From Octopus vulgaris (Eukaryota), in contig OX597830.1 of NCBI GenBank assembly GCA_951406725.2, positions 48,546,001 to 48,610,000 on the forward strand: a stretch of 64,000 nt of DNA, in the 5' to 3' direction. Below the pieces are notes generated by a model. That model worked only from the letters and a program-made list of their open reading frames with translations. It was not told where the DNA came from and searched no databases. The position numbers and the translations under genes are program-made. Below, piece after piece: positions 42,581 through 59,267 of the stretch; position 1 is the first letter of the stretch, and every line of letters starts with the position of its first letter.

Positions 42581-42806
42581 TACATTATTTACATTTGACG
42601 GATATTTTTCCTCATCTTGTTTGTTATTAACACAATGTTTCGGCTGATATACCCTCCAGCCTTCATCGAAGAAAACCTTAGGAATGAGAACCCAGGTTCG
42701 AAATTTCCCCAAGACCCCTGAAGAAGGCTGAAGGGTATATCAGCCGAAACGTTATGTTAACAACAAACAAGATGAGGACAAATATCCGTCAAATGTAAAT
42801 AAGGTA
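42581..42806. mobile_element. Palindromic element with two divergently oriented hammerhead motifs
   Basis: About 87-bp arms; (+) 42713-42758 CTGAAGA-A-GGCTGA-agggtata-TCAGCC-GAAA-CG-TT; (-) mirror copy at 42629-42668. Confidence 0.8.
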
Positions 42807-42959
42807 CATAATTGGTCATCTCTTAAATACAGAACTGTACTAATGATGGATGTAAAATATTTTCCCAAAGAATTTCTAATATGAAATAGTGTGTTGAAAC
42901 AGGTATTGTTACACCTGGAGATTGTCATATTTTGCCGGTGAAATACACGCATCATTATA

Positions 42960-43149
42960 CGAGTTGGGTGCTGAAAAGTTCTTAGCTTTGGGTAAATGAA
43001 AATACAGGAGGATAAGTTAATTATGATTTTATTCGACACATTCCCCTCTCAGATTCACGCACTTATTGCGGTGGTCCTTCGGTTTTTCTAAGCCCCGTAA
43101 AAGAACTTAGAAAACTGAGCCTCCAACCAGGTTTTTCAGCATCCACTCG
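42960..43149. mobile_element. Mariner-like MITE
   Basis: TA|CGAGTTGGGTGCTGAAAA ... TTTTCAGCATCCACTCG|TA. Confidence 0.75.
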
Positions 43150-43189
43150 TATACTTTATCTTCACTTCAGCTTTATTATTGGTATTATT

Positions 43190-43430
43190 ATCGGTATTAT
43201 TATTATTATTATTATCATTCAGTAGTTTTATTTTTATAACATGCTTTCACTTCATTACGGAGCGCAGCTCTGCGTGCCTTGGGTATGTGCTGTGATTTGT
43301 TGTGATGCTTTGATGGTTACTGTATTGAAAGTGTTCTGCGTAGGATGTGTGCAGTGCCAAGTAGTGCAATTTTCTGTATGTTATATGTGTTTGTAAGTCC
43401 TGGTGTTTTTGTTATGTACTTGTCTGAATT
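43190..43430 (-). mobile_element. 3' end of an R4/Dong-type LINE within (AAT)n
   Basis: SDKYITKTPGLTNTYNIQKIALLGTAHILRRTLSIQ*, then UTR and AAT tail; (ATT)n on both sides. Confidence 0.8.
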
Positions 43431-43435
43431 TATTA

Positions 43436-43503
<68 letters not shown>

Positions 43504-44399
43504 GTGGTTTTGTCTAAGCCCTTTCGTCACACTTCTTGTGACCTCATGAGTGACTCTCTATCCCACGTGTCTCATCTTGTTCTGCTTACCTCACCCCCAC
43601 CCACAAAATATAAATCTTTTATACTATTTCTTTCTTTTCCTAAGAAATCAAGAGATGTGTAATAACTAACCAACATTTTCCAATTGCTTCCTCATTTATA
43701 CCTGGAGTCTAGTTTCCGGGTGAGTAAATCACCATCGAATTACCGTGTCTGCGATTAATAGAATTAACGCAACGCCATTACCTGGTCCTTATTTTTAAAG
43801 GAGTTCGGTTTGTTGCAAATATTCGGACCAGATCTTTTGTTTGGAGATAACTCCTTCATATTTCCAACCTCTTGCCAGTCTCGTGGTTCTTCTCTTACTC
43901 ACTAAGAGGCAAATAAGAGTTTGGAAATTCAAGCAAGTACAAAGATTTAAGTAAGCTTGTTAATTAATTTTCTTAATGTATTTAAACTCAGCATTAAGCA
44001 ATTATTAAATGAGAAATCTGCCATTAGACGCGATGGTTGGTTCTCTACTGACGATCTAGGAATACTGATCAACTGGAGTCTGATTATATCGACTTTTTAG
44101 AATTATCATATTAACCAGAACAAGACAATGGTGGATATGTATGAAAAGAAGAATTTTTAAATTTATTATTTTAATCTGCATTGGTTACGAATCACCGTTT
44201 CTATTGTGTTATTTTGATAAATAAATTAGTGGGATTCAGAGCTGTCTGCAAGTGAATACATACATCTCTTTGTAATCCGGTCTGCTTAGTCGTCGAAGAG
44301 TTAATCATTATTTTTAAGATGAAGTATATTCCCATTTATTGTCTGTTATTTGTATTCGACAGCAGAAGTGAAAATATGACAACGGAAAATGATTAATTC

Positions 44400-45200
44400 G
44401 ATAGCTTTAAATGGTATTTTCTGTAACAGGAAACTTTCCTTGAAATAAAAGCAAGTCAACGATCATTTTCTAAATTCTTCCAGTGGTGAAATTTCGTCCA
44501 GTTTCTCTTTTCTTTGCGGATTAAGAAAATTACTTATGTCCAAAACAATCTTAGGCTGAACGGTTGACAGTTGTTGCAAGGCACTTCACTGGCCTTTCCT
44601 GGAAAAGCGTCTGTGTGTCTGCAAAGCACTTCCGGCAAAAACTTAATATTGAGAGTAGATATCGTTAACAAGACTGTTATAAACAACAAATGTCACTGCA
44701 AATAACTGATGGAACAAAAATGGCTATCATTGCCTGAATAGCGAAGAAAAGAAAAAAATAGATATGAAGGTGGAGAATCACAACTTGCCGCCTTAACCGA
44801 AATAATAAACACAGTGCCGTCAGAGTTGTTCGTAAAGAAAATATGACGTATAAATAAAAGATGAAGCAAAGAACATTTGTCATAGGGAATGTTCTGGATA
44901 AGGTGATGTGCAGAGAGAGAGGGGGATAGAGAAAAGAAAATGAGACAGTGTCAAATAAGCTTTTCACTGGAGAATATTTAAATAGTAACAGATGGCCATT
45001 TACATTTTCAACGATCGTCTGCTGCTGACCGTTGTTATTTTCCATCTTGTTCGGTACTCATGCCATATAAATAAGAGAGTAAACTAAAGTCCATAAATCT
45101 TAAATCTGCAGAAATGTCTTTCTGGGGGAAAAAATTAATTATATACTTAGAGCTATAAGAGGATTCATGAGTGTTGTAAAACATCAAGGAATGTTACTCT
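44400..45200 (-). mobile_element. Possible very decayed mariner transposase relic
   Basis: KDGK..SAADDR (cf. HTH-linker FKDGR.S.EDD.RSGRP) and a YSPDL-like region; weak. Confidence 0.3.
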
Positions 45201-45519
45201 GAGGAAATGAACGAACTGTCATCTAATCAGCATACTATAGTGAAATATATATTTATTATAGGTATGTATAATGTATACGTAATTACAATTATACACTAAG
45301 GTATAAATACATACACACACGCACACATTTATGTATGTTTATTTATGCACATGTATGTCTATTTATCTATATGTACGCATGTGGGCATATGTAATTAGGA
45401 ATGTGTGTGTGTGCCTGTATGTGTGTGTGTATGTGTGTGTATGGATATATATTTATGTATATGTATTTTCATATATATGTGTGTGGGGTGTATATGTATT
45501 TAAATTTATATATATACAT

Positions 45520-45636
<117 letters not shown>

Positions 45637-45943
45637 TTAGGTACCATATTCAAGTAAATTCATTTAAATTAACTTGAATCTTTATTGCTTTTTATATATA
45701 TTAATATATATAAATATTATATACTTATAAAGGCGGTGACTAGCAGAATCGTTACCACGTCCGACAATATGTCTAATCTCCAATTTTGCTTTTCATCCTT
45801 TCGAGACGGTGATAGAATAATCGCCATTTAAGTTCTGCGGCCGATTTAATTTAGAGGCCCTTTCTCTAAACATGCTGGTCTTGTACCAAAACTTGAATCC
45901 ATTATATAAATATCAATATATATATATATATATAATGTGGATG

Positions 45944-46003
<60 letters not shown>

Positions 46004-46029
46004 GTGTGTGTGTGTGTGTGTGTGAAAAC

Positions 46030-46370
46030 ACCATTTCTTGAGCAAATTCCAGCTACAGTGGCGTGGACGTGTAATGCGCCAAGCTCGACTTCAGACTGGT
46101 GAGCTCTGGTAACTCACCAGATCTACTTTGGTGAGTTAGCAGTTGGCTCTCGGTCACATAATGGTCAAACAAAAGCACGCTCAAGACAACCGTAAAAAAA
46201 AGGGTAGTTTAGAGCAGCCTGAATCCTGGATCATCTATCACGTGTCCCCCAACCCTCATTGTGACCGCGTATATCATGTCATAATTGGCCTAGAAAGCCA
46301 TCTCAGGACCAACAGAGTGCAAAACTGATAACCTCGCCAACTTCAGATATATGAAGGACGTACCTAACAT
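46030..46370 (+). mobile_element. RTE LINE 3' fragment
   Basis: QIYFGELAVGSRS...GQ and C-terminal CDRVYHVIIGLESHLRT. Confidence 0.6.
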
Positions 46371-46399
46371 GTATAATGAACACACACACATATATGCAT

Positions 46400-46437
<38 letters not shown>

Positions 46438-46968
46438 CACGTATTAATTAATGGGCCAGTAAGCAGCTGTGCTCTTTTATATTAACACATTCGTGTCCAA
46501 TCGAACGTGGAAAGGGAGTTGGTGGCTTTGCGATTTGAAAGTACTTAGCTGGTAAGCCAGTTGAACTATCATCCAATGTGAGGGATCAATTCCCTAAACT
46601 CCGCTTGTCATTGTGTCGGAGGAACAATGTAATTTTATGTTCAAACTTAACAGAAGAAAATCTTTTCAATGATCTTAGAACGGCCATTTTTACAACACTA
46701 ACTGGTGCCATAATGATCCTGTCTGATTACTACGTTCCAGATTAGATGGTAACTATGATACGTGGCTAGTTTGAAACACTTGAGTATTGGTAAAATGGAA
46801 AGTAGTGGTGTTTGTCTGAATTAGCTTATGTTCTGAATTAAACCTTGTGATAAATAAGATGCTGTTCCAGACCCATCCTATCAAAATAGGCTCATCTTAT
46901 TTATCTTTGTCACTATTTGTAAACGAATGGTTTGCAACTTTGGACGAACAAAGCCGAAATTTGTTGGT

Positions 46969-47130
46969 AGGTGCAGGAGTGGCTGTGTGGTAAGTAGCTT
47001 GCTAACCAACCACATGGTTCCGGGTTCAGTCCCACTGCGTGGCATCTTGGGCAAGTGTCTTCTGCTATAGCCCCGGGCCGACCAATGCTCTGTGAGTGGA
47101 TTTGGTAGACGGAAACTGAAAGAAGCCTGT

Positions 47131-47208
<78 letters not shown>

Positions 47209-47416
47209 TGTGTCTGTGTTTGTCCCCCTAGCATTGCTTGACAACCGATGCTGGTGTGTTTACGTCCCCGTCACTTAGCGGTTCGGCAAAAGAGACCGAT
47301 AGAATAACTACTGGGCTTACAAAGAATAAGTCCCGGGGTCTATTTGCTTGACTAAAGGCGGTGCTCCAGCATGGCCGCAGTCAAATGACTGAAACAAGTA
47401 AAAGAGTAAAAGAGTA
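46969..47416 (+). mobile_element. Full-length young SINE, family B
   Basis: Near-identical to the reverse complement of 17051-17470. Confidence 0.92.
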
Positions 47417-47660
47417 ACTAATAATACTAAAGTTGCGAAATGCGAGGATATTGACAAACCCGGTGGCCCGCGGCTGTAGCAAACTCATCACCTGGTACTT
47501 CAATGTCGTACTTGAAAGTTTTGGACACCACAGCTAAGATCTCAACGTTGAGAAGCGCAAACACAAAGACTAGTTCTAAGGAAATAACTCTGAAGTGTCT
47601 AAGTTTCTAGATATCAAACATAGATTACACCAGAAGTTGCTCAATTCTAATTAACTGAAA

Positions 47661-48209
47661 ATATTTGGTGAGGTGAGCTTCCATACTGAAACATATTCAC
47701 CCTTACTTTTTATAGTATTCTGTATCAGGTTTAAAAGGTTTCAAGATGTTTAATATATGCCTTAACCACTTCTTGTGAAATTTCTCGAATATTTTGATGC
47801 ATCGTCGAAATAAGGTTTATGCATCAGAAAATTATTGCAGGGATGCAATGATGTATGTATCATAGATACAAAATCCTGTGGAAATGTGGGATCCACGAAT
47901 TCATACCCGTTGTTAGAGCTGCTAATGTATACAAAAGAATCCGCAACATCAAATCCGGTCCCTTGCAGAAGAAGTATATTTGGTTCCACATAACTCTCTT
48001 CAAGAGTATGAGTAAATAATATCTTAGTTCCCCCCCCCCCACCCCCAGACATATTGTAAATCCCAAAGCAGTCAGAGTATCGAAAAAGAGGTTCATTATT
48101 TTCTGAATATCGTTGTTTCGAGTGACCCACAAGATTACAATCTTTAGCATACAACAAATTTGCGAACTAGAGTTACTGAGATATTTGATTTAGTTTTGAA
48201 ACAGTACAG
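47661..48209 (-). repeat. Inverted duplicate of the RTE RT segment at 49204-49748
   Basis: Same LLYAKDCNLVGHS...TKILFT..YVEPNI..DVADSFVYISS translation on the opposite strand. Confidence 0.92.
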
Positions 48210-48239
48210 GATAGAGGGTAACGGGGGGCACAAATCAAC

Positions 48240-50450
48240 TTTACTGAGAGAATTGAAAGTAATGAAGACTGTGTAACGATTGAACATATCCACAGGTATT
48301 CAACCGGTCTTCGACAAAAAAGAGGACATACATTGTACAGCTAGTCAAAACGGATATTTTGACCCTGCCTGCCAACAACTGCTCTTCTCTCCTTCTCAAA
48401 GATGGATTGACATAAATCACTGATACAGAAAGTATTCTGAAGAGATGAACAGGGCATTTCACAGATCTGCTGAGTACCGTGTTATTGGAGAAATGAATAA
48501 TAATCGTAAGAGAGAGAAAGTCAAAATCACTATTAAAAGGGAAAACCCGAAGGATGATAGTCTACCAATTGAAATTATTAAGAATGATGGGGAGTAGCAG
48601 CGATCTTGTGACCACACTGATTGTTAACGTATGGAATGGTTCACCAGTTCCACAGGATCGGAGAGATGTTATACTGATTTTATTGTTCAAGAGAAAAGGT
48701 GCCAAGTGAAACTTTTGTAACTTTCTTGATATTTCGTTACTTGTAACTGTTGGTGTAATTGATATTCACCAGACTTTTATTGGATTGTCTGCAGGCACAC
48801 ATATACTCCATCGTTATCCCTGAGTCTCGAGTTTGGATTTACATCTGGTAGAGGTACCAAATATATGTTCTTTAGTGTCGGACAATTATAGGAGAATTGC
48901 GTTGAGTAGAGATTCCATTTCCACCAAGTTTTCGTTGATCTAACGACATTTGACACAGTCAATAGAAATGCACTGAAAGGAGTCTTGAGAAGCCTGGATT
49001 TAGCGATTTGTTTGTCTCACCATATTCCAGTATGAAACCCTATTTAAGTTCAAATGATGCTCTGTCGGTATTAACTGGTGTGGGGTAATATTCCTTCACC
49101 AACAACTTTGGTTTCCATTTAACTGACAACGCTGATTACGTGTGCACCTAAAGAATGCATTATACATATTTTTGTCCTCTATCACACAAGTAAAATATTT
49201 TGTCTGTACTGTTTCAAAACTAAATCAAATATCTCTGTAACTCTAGTTCGCAAATTTGTTGTATGCTAAAGATTGTAATCTTGTGGGTCACTCGAAACAA
49301 CGATATTCAGAAAATAATGAACCTCTTTTTCGATACTCTGACTGCTTTTGGATTTACAATATGTCTGGGGGTGGGAGGGGACTAAGATATTATTTACTCA
49401 TACTCTTGAAGAGAGTTATGTGGAACCAAATATACTTCTTCTGCAAGGGACCGGATTTGATGTTGCGGATTCTTTTGTATACATTAGCAGCTCTAACAAC
49501 GGGTATGAATTCGTGGATCCGACATTTCCACAGAATTTTGCATCTATGATACATACATCATCGCATCCTTGCAATAATTTTCTGATGCATAAACCTTATT
49601 TCGACGATGCATCAAAATATTCGAGAAATTTCACAAGAAGTGGTTAAGGCTTGTATTAAACATCTGGAAACCTTTTAAACCCGATACAGAATACTATAAA
49701 AAGTAAGGGTGAATATGTTTCAGTATGGAAGCTCACCTCACCAAATATCACATACGATAGGTTAGTTATATCATATGTCTTGATGATTTCAGACTTCTGA
49801 GTCAGATTACTTTGTGGAGCATTTGTTTACATTGTATGATTCCGTCTTAAAACATAAATGAGATTTCATGGCGTCACGAAAGTCAACCTTAACATTAGCA
49901 CTGTTAAGTGATGCTGAACAGAAGTGAATGACAGCCTATAGCCAGCAAGTACAGCCCGTAGTTTAAGAGAAATATCATTATTCACTAAATAGTAATGTAA
50001 AGCCCATAAACTGAGGTTCTGCTGAATAGAAGTGAATGACAGTCTATAGCCAGCAAATACAGCCCGGAGTTTAAGAGAAATAACATTATTCACTAAATAG
50101 TAATGTAAAGCCCATAAACTGAAGTTCTTGAGGTTCTGAAGAGTTGAGGTTGAAGAGATAATTTCAGTTCCATTGTCTATGCTTGCTTTACACTTTTAAA
50201 ATCTGGGTTTGTCGTCCATGAAAGTTCACATATCTAAAGACTAATACGGGATGCTTATATGCATAGACCTCCAACTGCCTATACAGAACACAGCTGGCAT
50301 CTATGTCGAAAAGTGTGCTCATCCACTACTGGGCTGAAAATCCCCTTCTCAACGAATGCACAAAGGTGCTGTTGATGAATATTTTGACAAACTTAAGTTA
50401 CCGGAAGAAAGCAAACTCACATTTTGGTGAATTAAAATTTTTGCTTAACC
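48240..50450 (+). mobile_element. Decayed RTE-clade LINE (RT domain)
   Basis: VPQDRRDVILISLFKRKG, ISLL, FVDLT(T)FDTVNR, LLYAKDC (YADD), DIQKIMNLF..TAF; possible endonuclease start near 47490. Confidence 0.8.
49913..50128. repeat. Tandem duplication, 2 x 108 bp
   Basis: 49913-50020 and 50021-50128, few mismatches. Confidence 0.92.
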
Positions 50451-50818
50451 ACTATAAAGCAAAATATTTAAAGGCCATCAGGTCAAGAATAAAATTGTTC
50501 CCTAAGTAATACCTCACACCTCGATGCAAGCAATCCCTCCTGTAGACATGGTTTCTATTTCCTTTTCTTGAATAACTCGTATTAACACATTTATTGGAAA
50601 ACCTGATCACATTTATTTTACTTTTGGAAAATCTTTCAAGTAAGTGAAACGAGTGGACGTTTGTTGTAGTCAGCATTTTTCATAAATAATATATTAATGG
50701 CTTCGTTAAGTTTCGTGTTTCGTTGTGCTCTGTCTGTATATGTGTGTGTGTGTGCGTGTACACACAATGTATGTACGTAAGTGTATGTGTATGTAGGCAT
50801 GTGTGGCATATACATTTA

Positions 50819-50895
<77 letters not shown>

Positions 50896-51798
50896 ATATA
50901 TATGTATATATATGGACGAGTACATGCGCATATACATACTCACATACAGGCATGTGCATGAATATATACTTAGTCTCATTGCCAAGTAAATCCGAGCATA
51001 CAAATGCACAAATGGATACAAATCGATATATCTATAGAAACACAGCCAGCCCAAGAAGGCAGCTACAGAAATAAATGCATATAAATAGATATAAATAAGA
51101 ATTGTAATTGCTATAAAGACAAACAAGCTCTTAAAAAATTACACACATATTCATCTATTCATTGACTAAAAGTATAGATTAGTTATGCCTAACATTTCAC
51201 GCTGCTTGTACATATATCAGGGAATCAGTTTCGATATTATTACAGAGAAAGTATATAAAATATGATAAATAAACAGTTGGGAAGGGCTGAGATAATTGGT
51301 CTTATCTAAAGCAAAGTCTTATTCAAAATGGAAGTTGTATTGATATTTGACATTTGTAAAATAAATTACTTTCTAGTATGGCTGATGGAATCTCTGTAGT
51401 TACGTGGGTTAAGATGATAACAAAAAGTATAATCTTCTCATATTACCTTTAAGTAATATAATTAAAGATTCTTATCTGAAATTCGAAATGCTGTATGAGT
51501 ATAGGACAAAAGCTAAGGTGTGCCTCACTCCCAGTGATCTTCCAGCACGCCGGACACCAACTCGGAATTTTCGAGGGCCCATGCTATGGCTAGATAGTCG
51601 ATGAACCTACACTAGGTTCATCGATCCTTTGATAGGTATTGCTTTTAATCCTGGTGGGTTTCGAGCAACACTTCTCACCAGACAGCCTACTGGGAGTGCT
51701 GGTTTAGTCGCCGAATACTCGACCATGCAACAGGTTATACTGGATTCCGTGTTACCAATACCACACATGTATAGATCTCGCAAGTGACCTCTCTCTCT

Positions 51799-51840
<42 letters not shown>

Positions 51841-52458
51841 GATACCAATATAAGTTCTTGTAGAATTTCACAAAAATACTTATATTATTAGAAATATTAA
51901 ATTTCTAAATATCTCAGTGAGATATGGGCGGTGGTGGAACGATAGAGCGGTTGTATACTGTCAGCTTAACGTGACAGTCCCGTAAAGGGAATCACAACAC
52001 CGCTATTTAGCCCTAGGAAGCATCGACGCCTCCTGTCGGCTTTGATACATTTCCTGTGTCCTTATGTTTACGAATGGGAGACAAGCAGCCCCAACAGCTA
52101 GGCCTGCATCCAGATTATTATATATTATTATATTATTACTATCATTATATTATTACTAGCAAATTATAACCAAAACATGAACATATAGACGCAGCGAATG
52201 TGAGAAAAGCTATGAATAACATTAGGAGTTAACTATGAAACAACTTCAAATCTAGCGACAATTATTCTTATCAAAGCTTTAGTCTTCTGATCCTTTGCTG
52301 CCCAGACGCAACACAGTAACATTACACCATTTTTATTATTCCACTGAGACAATGCCGAAAAGTTCCTGACACGTTAATGAATATAGGAAAAATATTGTTC
52401 CAAACAAAACATAAGGACTAATGAAGAAATATAAACACTTATACTAAAAAGATATATA

Positions 52459-52520
<62 letters not shown>

Positions 52521-52761
52521 ACACATTTGTAATTATGCCAAAGGACCTATAATCTTTTAAGGGATGTTTGCATCTTAGTTCTCCGGTTTTTACCAGTGAA
52601 AAACTAAATACTCTAGTTTTGGATTAATGGATATTAATTTAATTTCTCTGATTGAATTAATTGGCTATGGAAACAGCTGTAGGGATAAGGATTTCATGTT
52701 ATATTGATTTGAATATCTTTGAATAAACTGATGTCTATATGTCAGTTTCTCCATTTTTCTC

Positions 52762-52813
<52 letters not shown>

Positions 52814-52847
52814 ATTTAGATATATATATGTGTGTGTGTGTGCGTTT

Positions 52848-53066
52848 GAATTAAGGTTACCATTGGTTTCATGTTAATAAAATTAGGAAAATAAATTAAT
52901 ATCATAGCAATTTTTCAAGCCGATCACACGGAGGAACGATTTTCGTCTCCATTTTGGATAAAAATGGAAATGAACACCATTCCTCTATGTACTTGGCTTG
53001 AAAAGTTTAAGATATTAGGGTATTTTTCTATTTTTCTTAACATGAAACCAACGATAGCCTTAATTC
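52848..53066. mobile_element. Imperfect palindromic MITE-like element
   Basis: GAATTAAGGTTACCATTGGTTTCATGTTAA ... TTAACATGAAACCAACGATAGCCTTAATTC; inner pairing TTTTCAAGCC / GGCTTGAAAA. Confidence 0.7.
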
Positions 53067-53469
53067 ACAAATAAGGAAATTCTATCCACCAAGCGGTGTT
53101 GAGCACTCATTTTCATCGTTCGATATTTATGTGTATATATATATATATATATATACACACCAACGCACATACTCAAGTGAAATGTTTTATACCTATATAT
53201 ACACAAATCATGGAACAAGACAAAAACATCTTATTAGATTTCTCTGGCAAAGCATCAAACTATATCTGGGATACAGTGTTGTCGGTGGTGGTGGTGGGGG
53301 GGATTGGCGATGACGATGGTTAGTGATAGTGGTAGGAATGGTGGCCGTGAAAGATGAGGATGGGGAAAGCGGTGGTAGTCGTAGTTAGGGATGTTGAAGA
53401 CTCGGGGAGGGGCTTATCTCGGTATTGAGAAAAGTAGGTTGGTGGTGACGATTAATGATGATAAGAACA

Positions 53470-56095
<2,626 letters not shown>

Positions 56096-56655
56096 AGTGC
56101 CCTGATGCAGTACCAGGCAGTGGCTCTAATGGCTTCTGATCTTAACTGATTGGAAGTGTTATCATGTACATTGTTTTGTCTTGGTATAAAAGATGGGCTA
56201 CAGCAAATATTCTGCTCAATACCACAGATTTGCTTGTCAGTTGTTTGACCTTAACCAGTTGAGCATGTCCCTTAGTGGTTGACGATATGTGAATCTCTAA
56301 TCAGAAGTAGTGGGGAGCATCATAGCCATGTGTTGTGAGGGATTCTTTGGGCTTTGAATAATTCACCTCTGGAAACATGGGTGTTTCGTTTAACATCATT
56401 AAACAACCCTTATTCAGGGACCTTTTGAGCGTGATTGGTTACTCGACCAGAAGAAAATTCTAACTGGGCCCCACCTGCAAGGTCATGTGCTGTTTATCTT
56501 GATATTAGATCACCATGTCGCGTACATATGGTTGTGATGCATGAGCCTGGTGTACCCTAATCAGACGGGTAGTCATGATGGGTATACTGGACTTCGTATA
56601 TTTTACCCCAGTGTCACTTTGATGGCATACAATGCTCTCTCATCCAATAATAATG
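56096..56655 (+). mobile_element. Non-coding element between AAT tracts (probable R4/Dong-mobilised 3' UTR or SINE)
   Basis: Higher GC; starts directly after (AAT)n and ends CTCTCATCCAATAATAAT. Confidence 0.45.
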
Positions 56656-56899
56656 ATGATGCTGATGATTTCTTTTTGAACCACACAAAGTTTACATTAA
56701 GAAAAACATCAGGGATCGTAGGGAACAAAGCATTGAATGTTTGTGTTATGTTATTGCAAGGGTACGTGTAAACAAGTGTAACAAAAAAGGTAATAACATT
56801 TTACCAATAGGAGCAGACTTCGACGGCCGCTCATGGGAAAACCCCATAAAACAACGACTGACCTGATTTCTAGGGCAGTTGCCTTTTCTCAGTTCCTTA

Positions 56900-57400
56900 T
56901 CTCCGATTTACAGGCGTGTGCTCAGGGCAGGGCCCATTCACTAGCATCGTAATCTCCCAGCCCCTTTTCAACAACATAGCTTGAAGGCAACACTTTTCAC
57001 TCATCCTATATTTCCACTTCGAGTAAAACTTAAAGACGTTGATGAGGTATTGGCCAAAGAGGAAAGTATTTATTTTCAGTCCCTTCAATCTCGCCCATCA
57101 TATATCTTTCGCCATGACTACCAGGCAAATAGAAAATGCCTTCATTGCCCTCATCCGTGCAATCTCTTCTTTTAGTGGCTTGTACATCTCAATATTTTCT
57201 AGTTCTTTATGATCCACTCGTACATCTCCAGATATGACAATACCTGTGATCTTGATTTCCTTCATCAATTATCAACTACAACATACCTGGTCTCCGAGCA
57301 TCAGTCACTGAATTATACTGGATTGTAAAGTCAAACAAGATCTTATACTCATTATCCACGCCTGGTTTTTGCTCGTATTATTTCAATGTCCTCTCAAGAC
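56900..57400 (-). mobile_element. Decayed R4/Dong-type RLE fragment
   Basis: YKILFDFTIQ...DARRPG...IVISGDVRVDHKELENIEMYKPLKEEIARM. Confidence 0.65.
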
Positions 57401-57686
57401 TGTACTTCTCACACAATCTCCTATGAACCTATCTAGTTACGTTATCATGCTTCCTTTTGGATTCCTTTTGAGCCAATTTGTTACATTCACTCACACTGTT
57501 TCATTTTTTTTCTAATGTTACACATTCTACAAATGTGTAACGTTTCAATTGTTATCCTTATATTCTTCACTTCATTTTCTTTTCCCAATCTTAATTCCTT
57601 CAACTATGCAGCATCTTTCGAATAATTTATTCAATTATCTCATATGTTACTCCAAGACCTACTTTCTTCAGCGTCGGGTTTCTAAC

Positions 57687-57827
57687 TGGTTCCGGGTTCA
57701 GTCCCACTGTGTGGCACCTTGGGCAAGTGTCTTCTGCTATAGCCTCGGGCCGACCAAAGCCTTGTGAGTGGATTTGGTAGACGAAAACTGAAAGAAGCCC
57801 GTCGTATATATGTATATATATAAATAA

Positions 57828-57899
<72 letters not shown>

Positions 57900-58155
57900 G
57901 TGTGTGTGTGTTTGTATGTATATATGTATGTATGTGTGTGTATATGTGTGTGTGTCTGTTTTTGTTCCCCAACATCGCTTGACAACCGATGCTGGTGTGT
58001 TTACGTCCCCGTAACGGTTCGGCAAAAGAGACCGATAGAATAAGTACTAGGCTTACAAAGAATAAGTCCTGGGATCGATTTGCTCGATCGACTAAAGGCG
58101 GTGCTCCCGCATGGCCACTGTCAAATGACTGAAACAACTAAAAGAGTAAAAGAGT
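57687..58155 (+). mobile_element. 5'-truncated SINE, family B
   Basis: Matches 46969-47416. Confidence 0.88.
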
Positions 58156-58474
58156 ACATATATATATGGCGGTTGTCGGTGAGGAGGTGAGGGGGAGAGA
58201 GATGAGAGAGAGATTTTTTTGATTTACCTCTACTACTACTACTACTACTACTACTGCTGCTGCTGCTGTTGTTATTGCCATCTTAATCGTTGCAATTATT
58301 TGCATTATCTAACACGTTGTCGTCAACATAATAATACTTGAAAATCTTGTTAAATATTTGTTAAAACTCCGAAGAAGACATTGTTAAGATCTACGTTAAC
58401 ATTGATTAATAGGAGGAATGTGAAATAATAAGCGTGCGTGTAAATTTTGTTTGTCTGTACATATGAGTGCTTAT

Positions 58475-58550
<76 letters not shown>

Positions 58551-58646
58551 AGAAGTTTCCAAAATAAATAATGAAATTATTGTAAATGTGTGTGTGTGTG
58601 TGTGTGTGTACAGAAGTTTCCAACATAAATAAGGAAATTATTGTAA

Positions 58647-58692
<46 letters not shown>

Positions 58693-58960
58693 GTACAAAT
58701 ATACATATATCTGTCAGGCACGCAGTGACCGACATCAGTGTTGTAGTCGAGTCTCCTGCGTGTCCGACAATATACACCGAGCTTGCGAATAAGAGGCTGA
58801 GGAGCCCGTAGCCGTTTGCGTGGAGATTGCATTTTATTGGTCAATTTTCAATCATCATCAGCCAATGAGCGATAGTTTGTCATGGAGCTTTCTTCGTTGT
58901 GTGCTTGTTCTGTTTGACGTGTCGAAGTGGAAAGAGGAAGCTAATGGATGTACGTGTTTC

Positions 58961-59010
<50 letters not shown>

Positions 59011-59213
59011 GTGTGTGTATGAGTGTGCGTATGTGTGAGCGCGAGCGTGTTGTCTGTGTGTTTATGTGTGTGGAGGAAGCTAATGGGTGTACGTGTGTGT
59101 GTTTGTGTGTGAGAGTAGGGGGCGAGCGTGTTCTGTGTTAATGTATTTATGTGTGTGGAGGAGACTACTGGGAGTACGTGTGTGTGTGTGTACGTGTGTG
59201 TTTGTATGTGTGT

Positions 59214-59267
<54 letters not shown>

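Noticed and set aside
47762-48157. 131-aa ORF as a duplicated host gene
   Set aside because: Frameshifted RTE RT segment containing the YADD region
51648-51685. Hammerhead-like CTGGTGA...GAAA on the minus strand
   Set aside because: No stem III/UH or stem I closure
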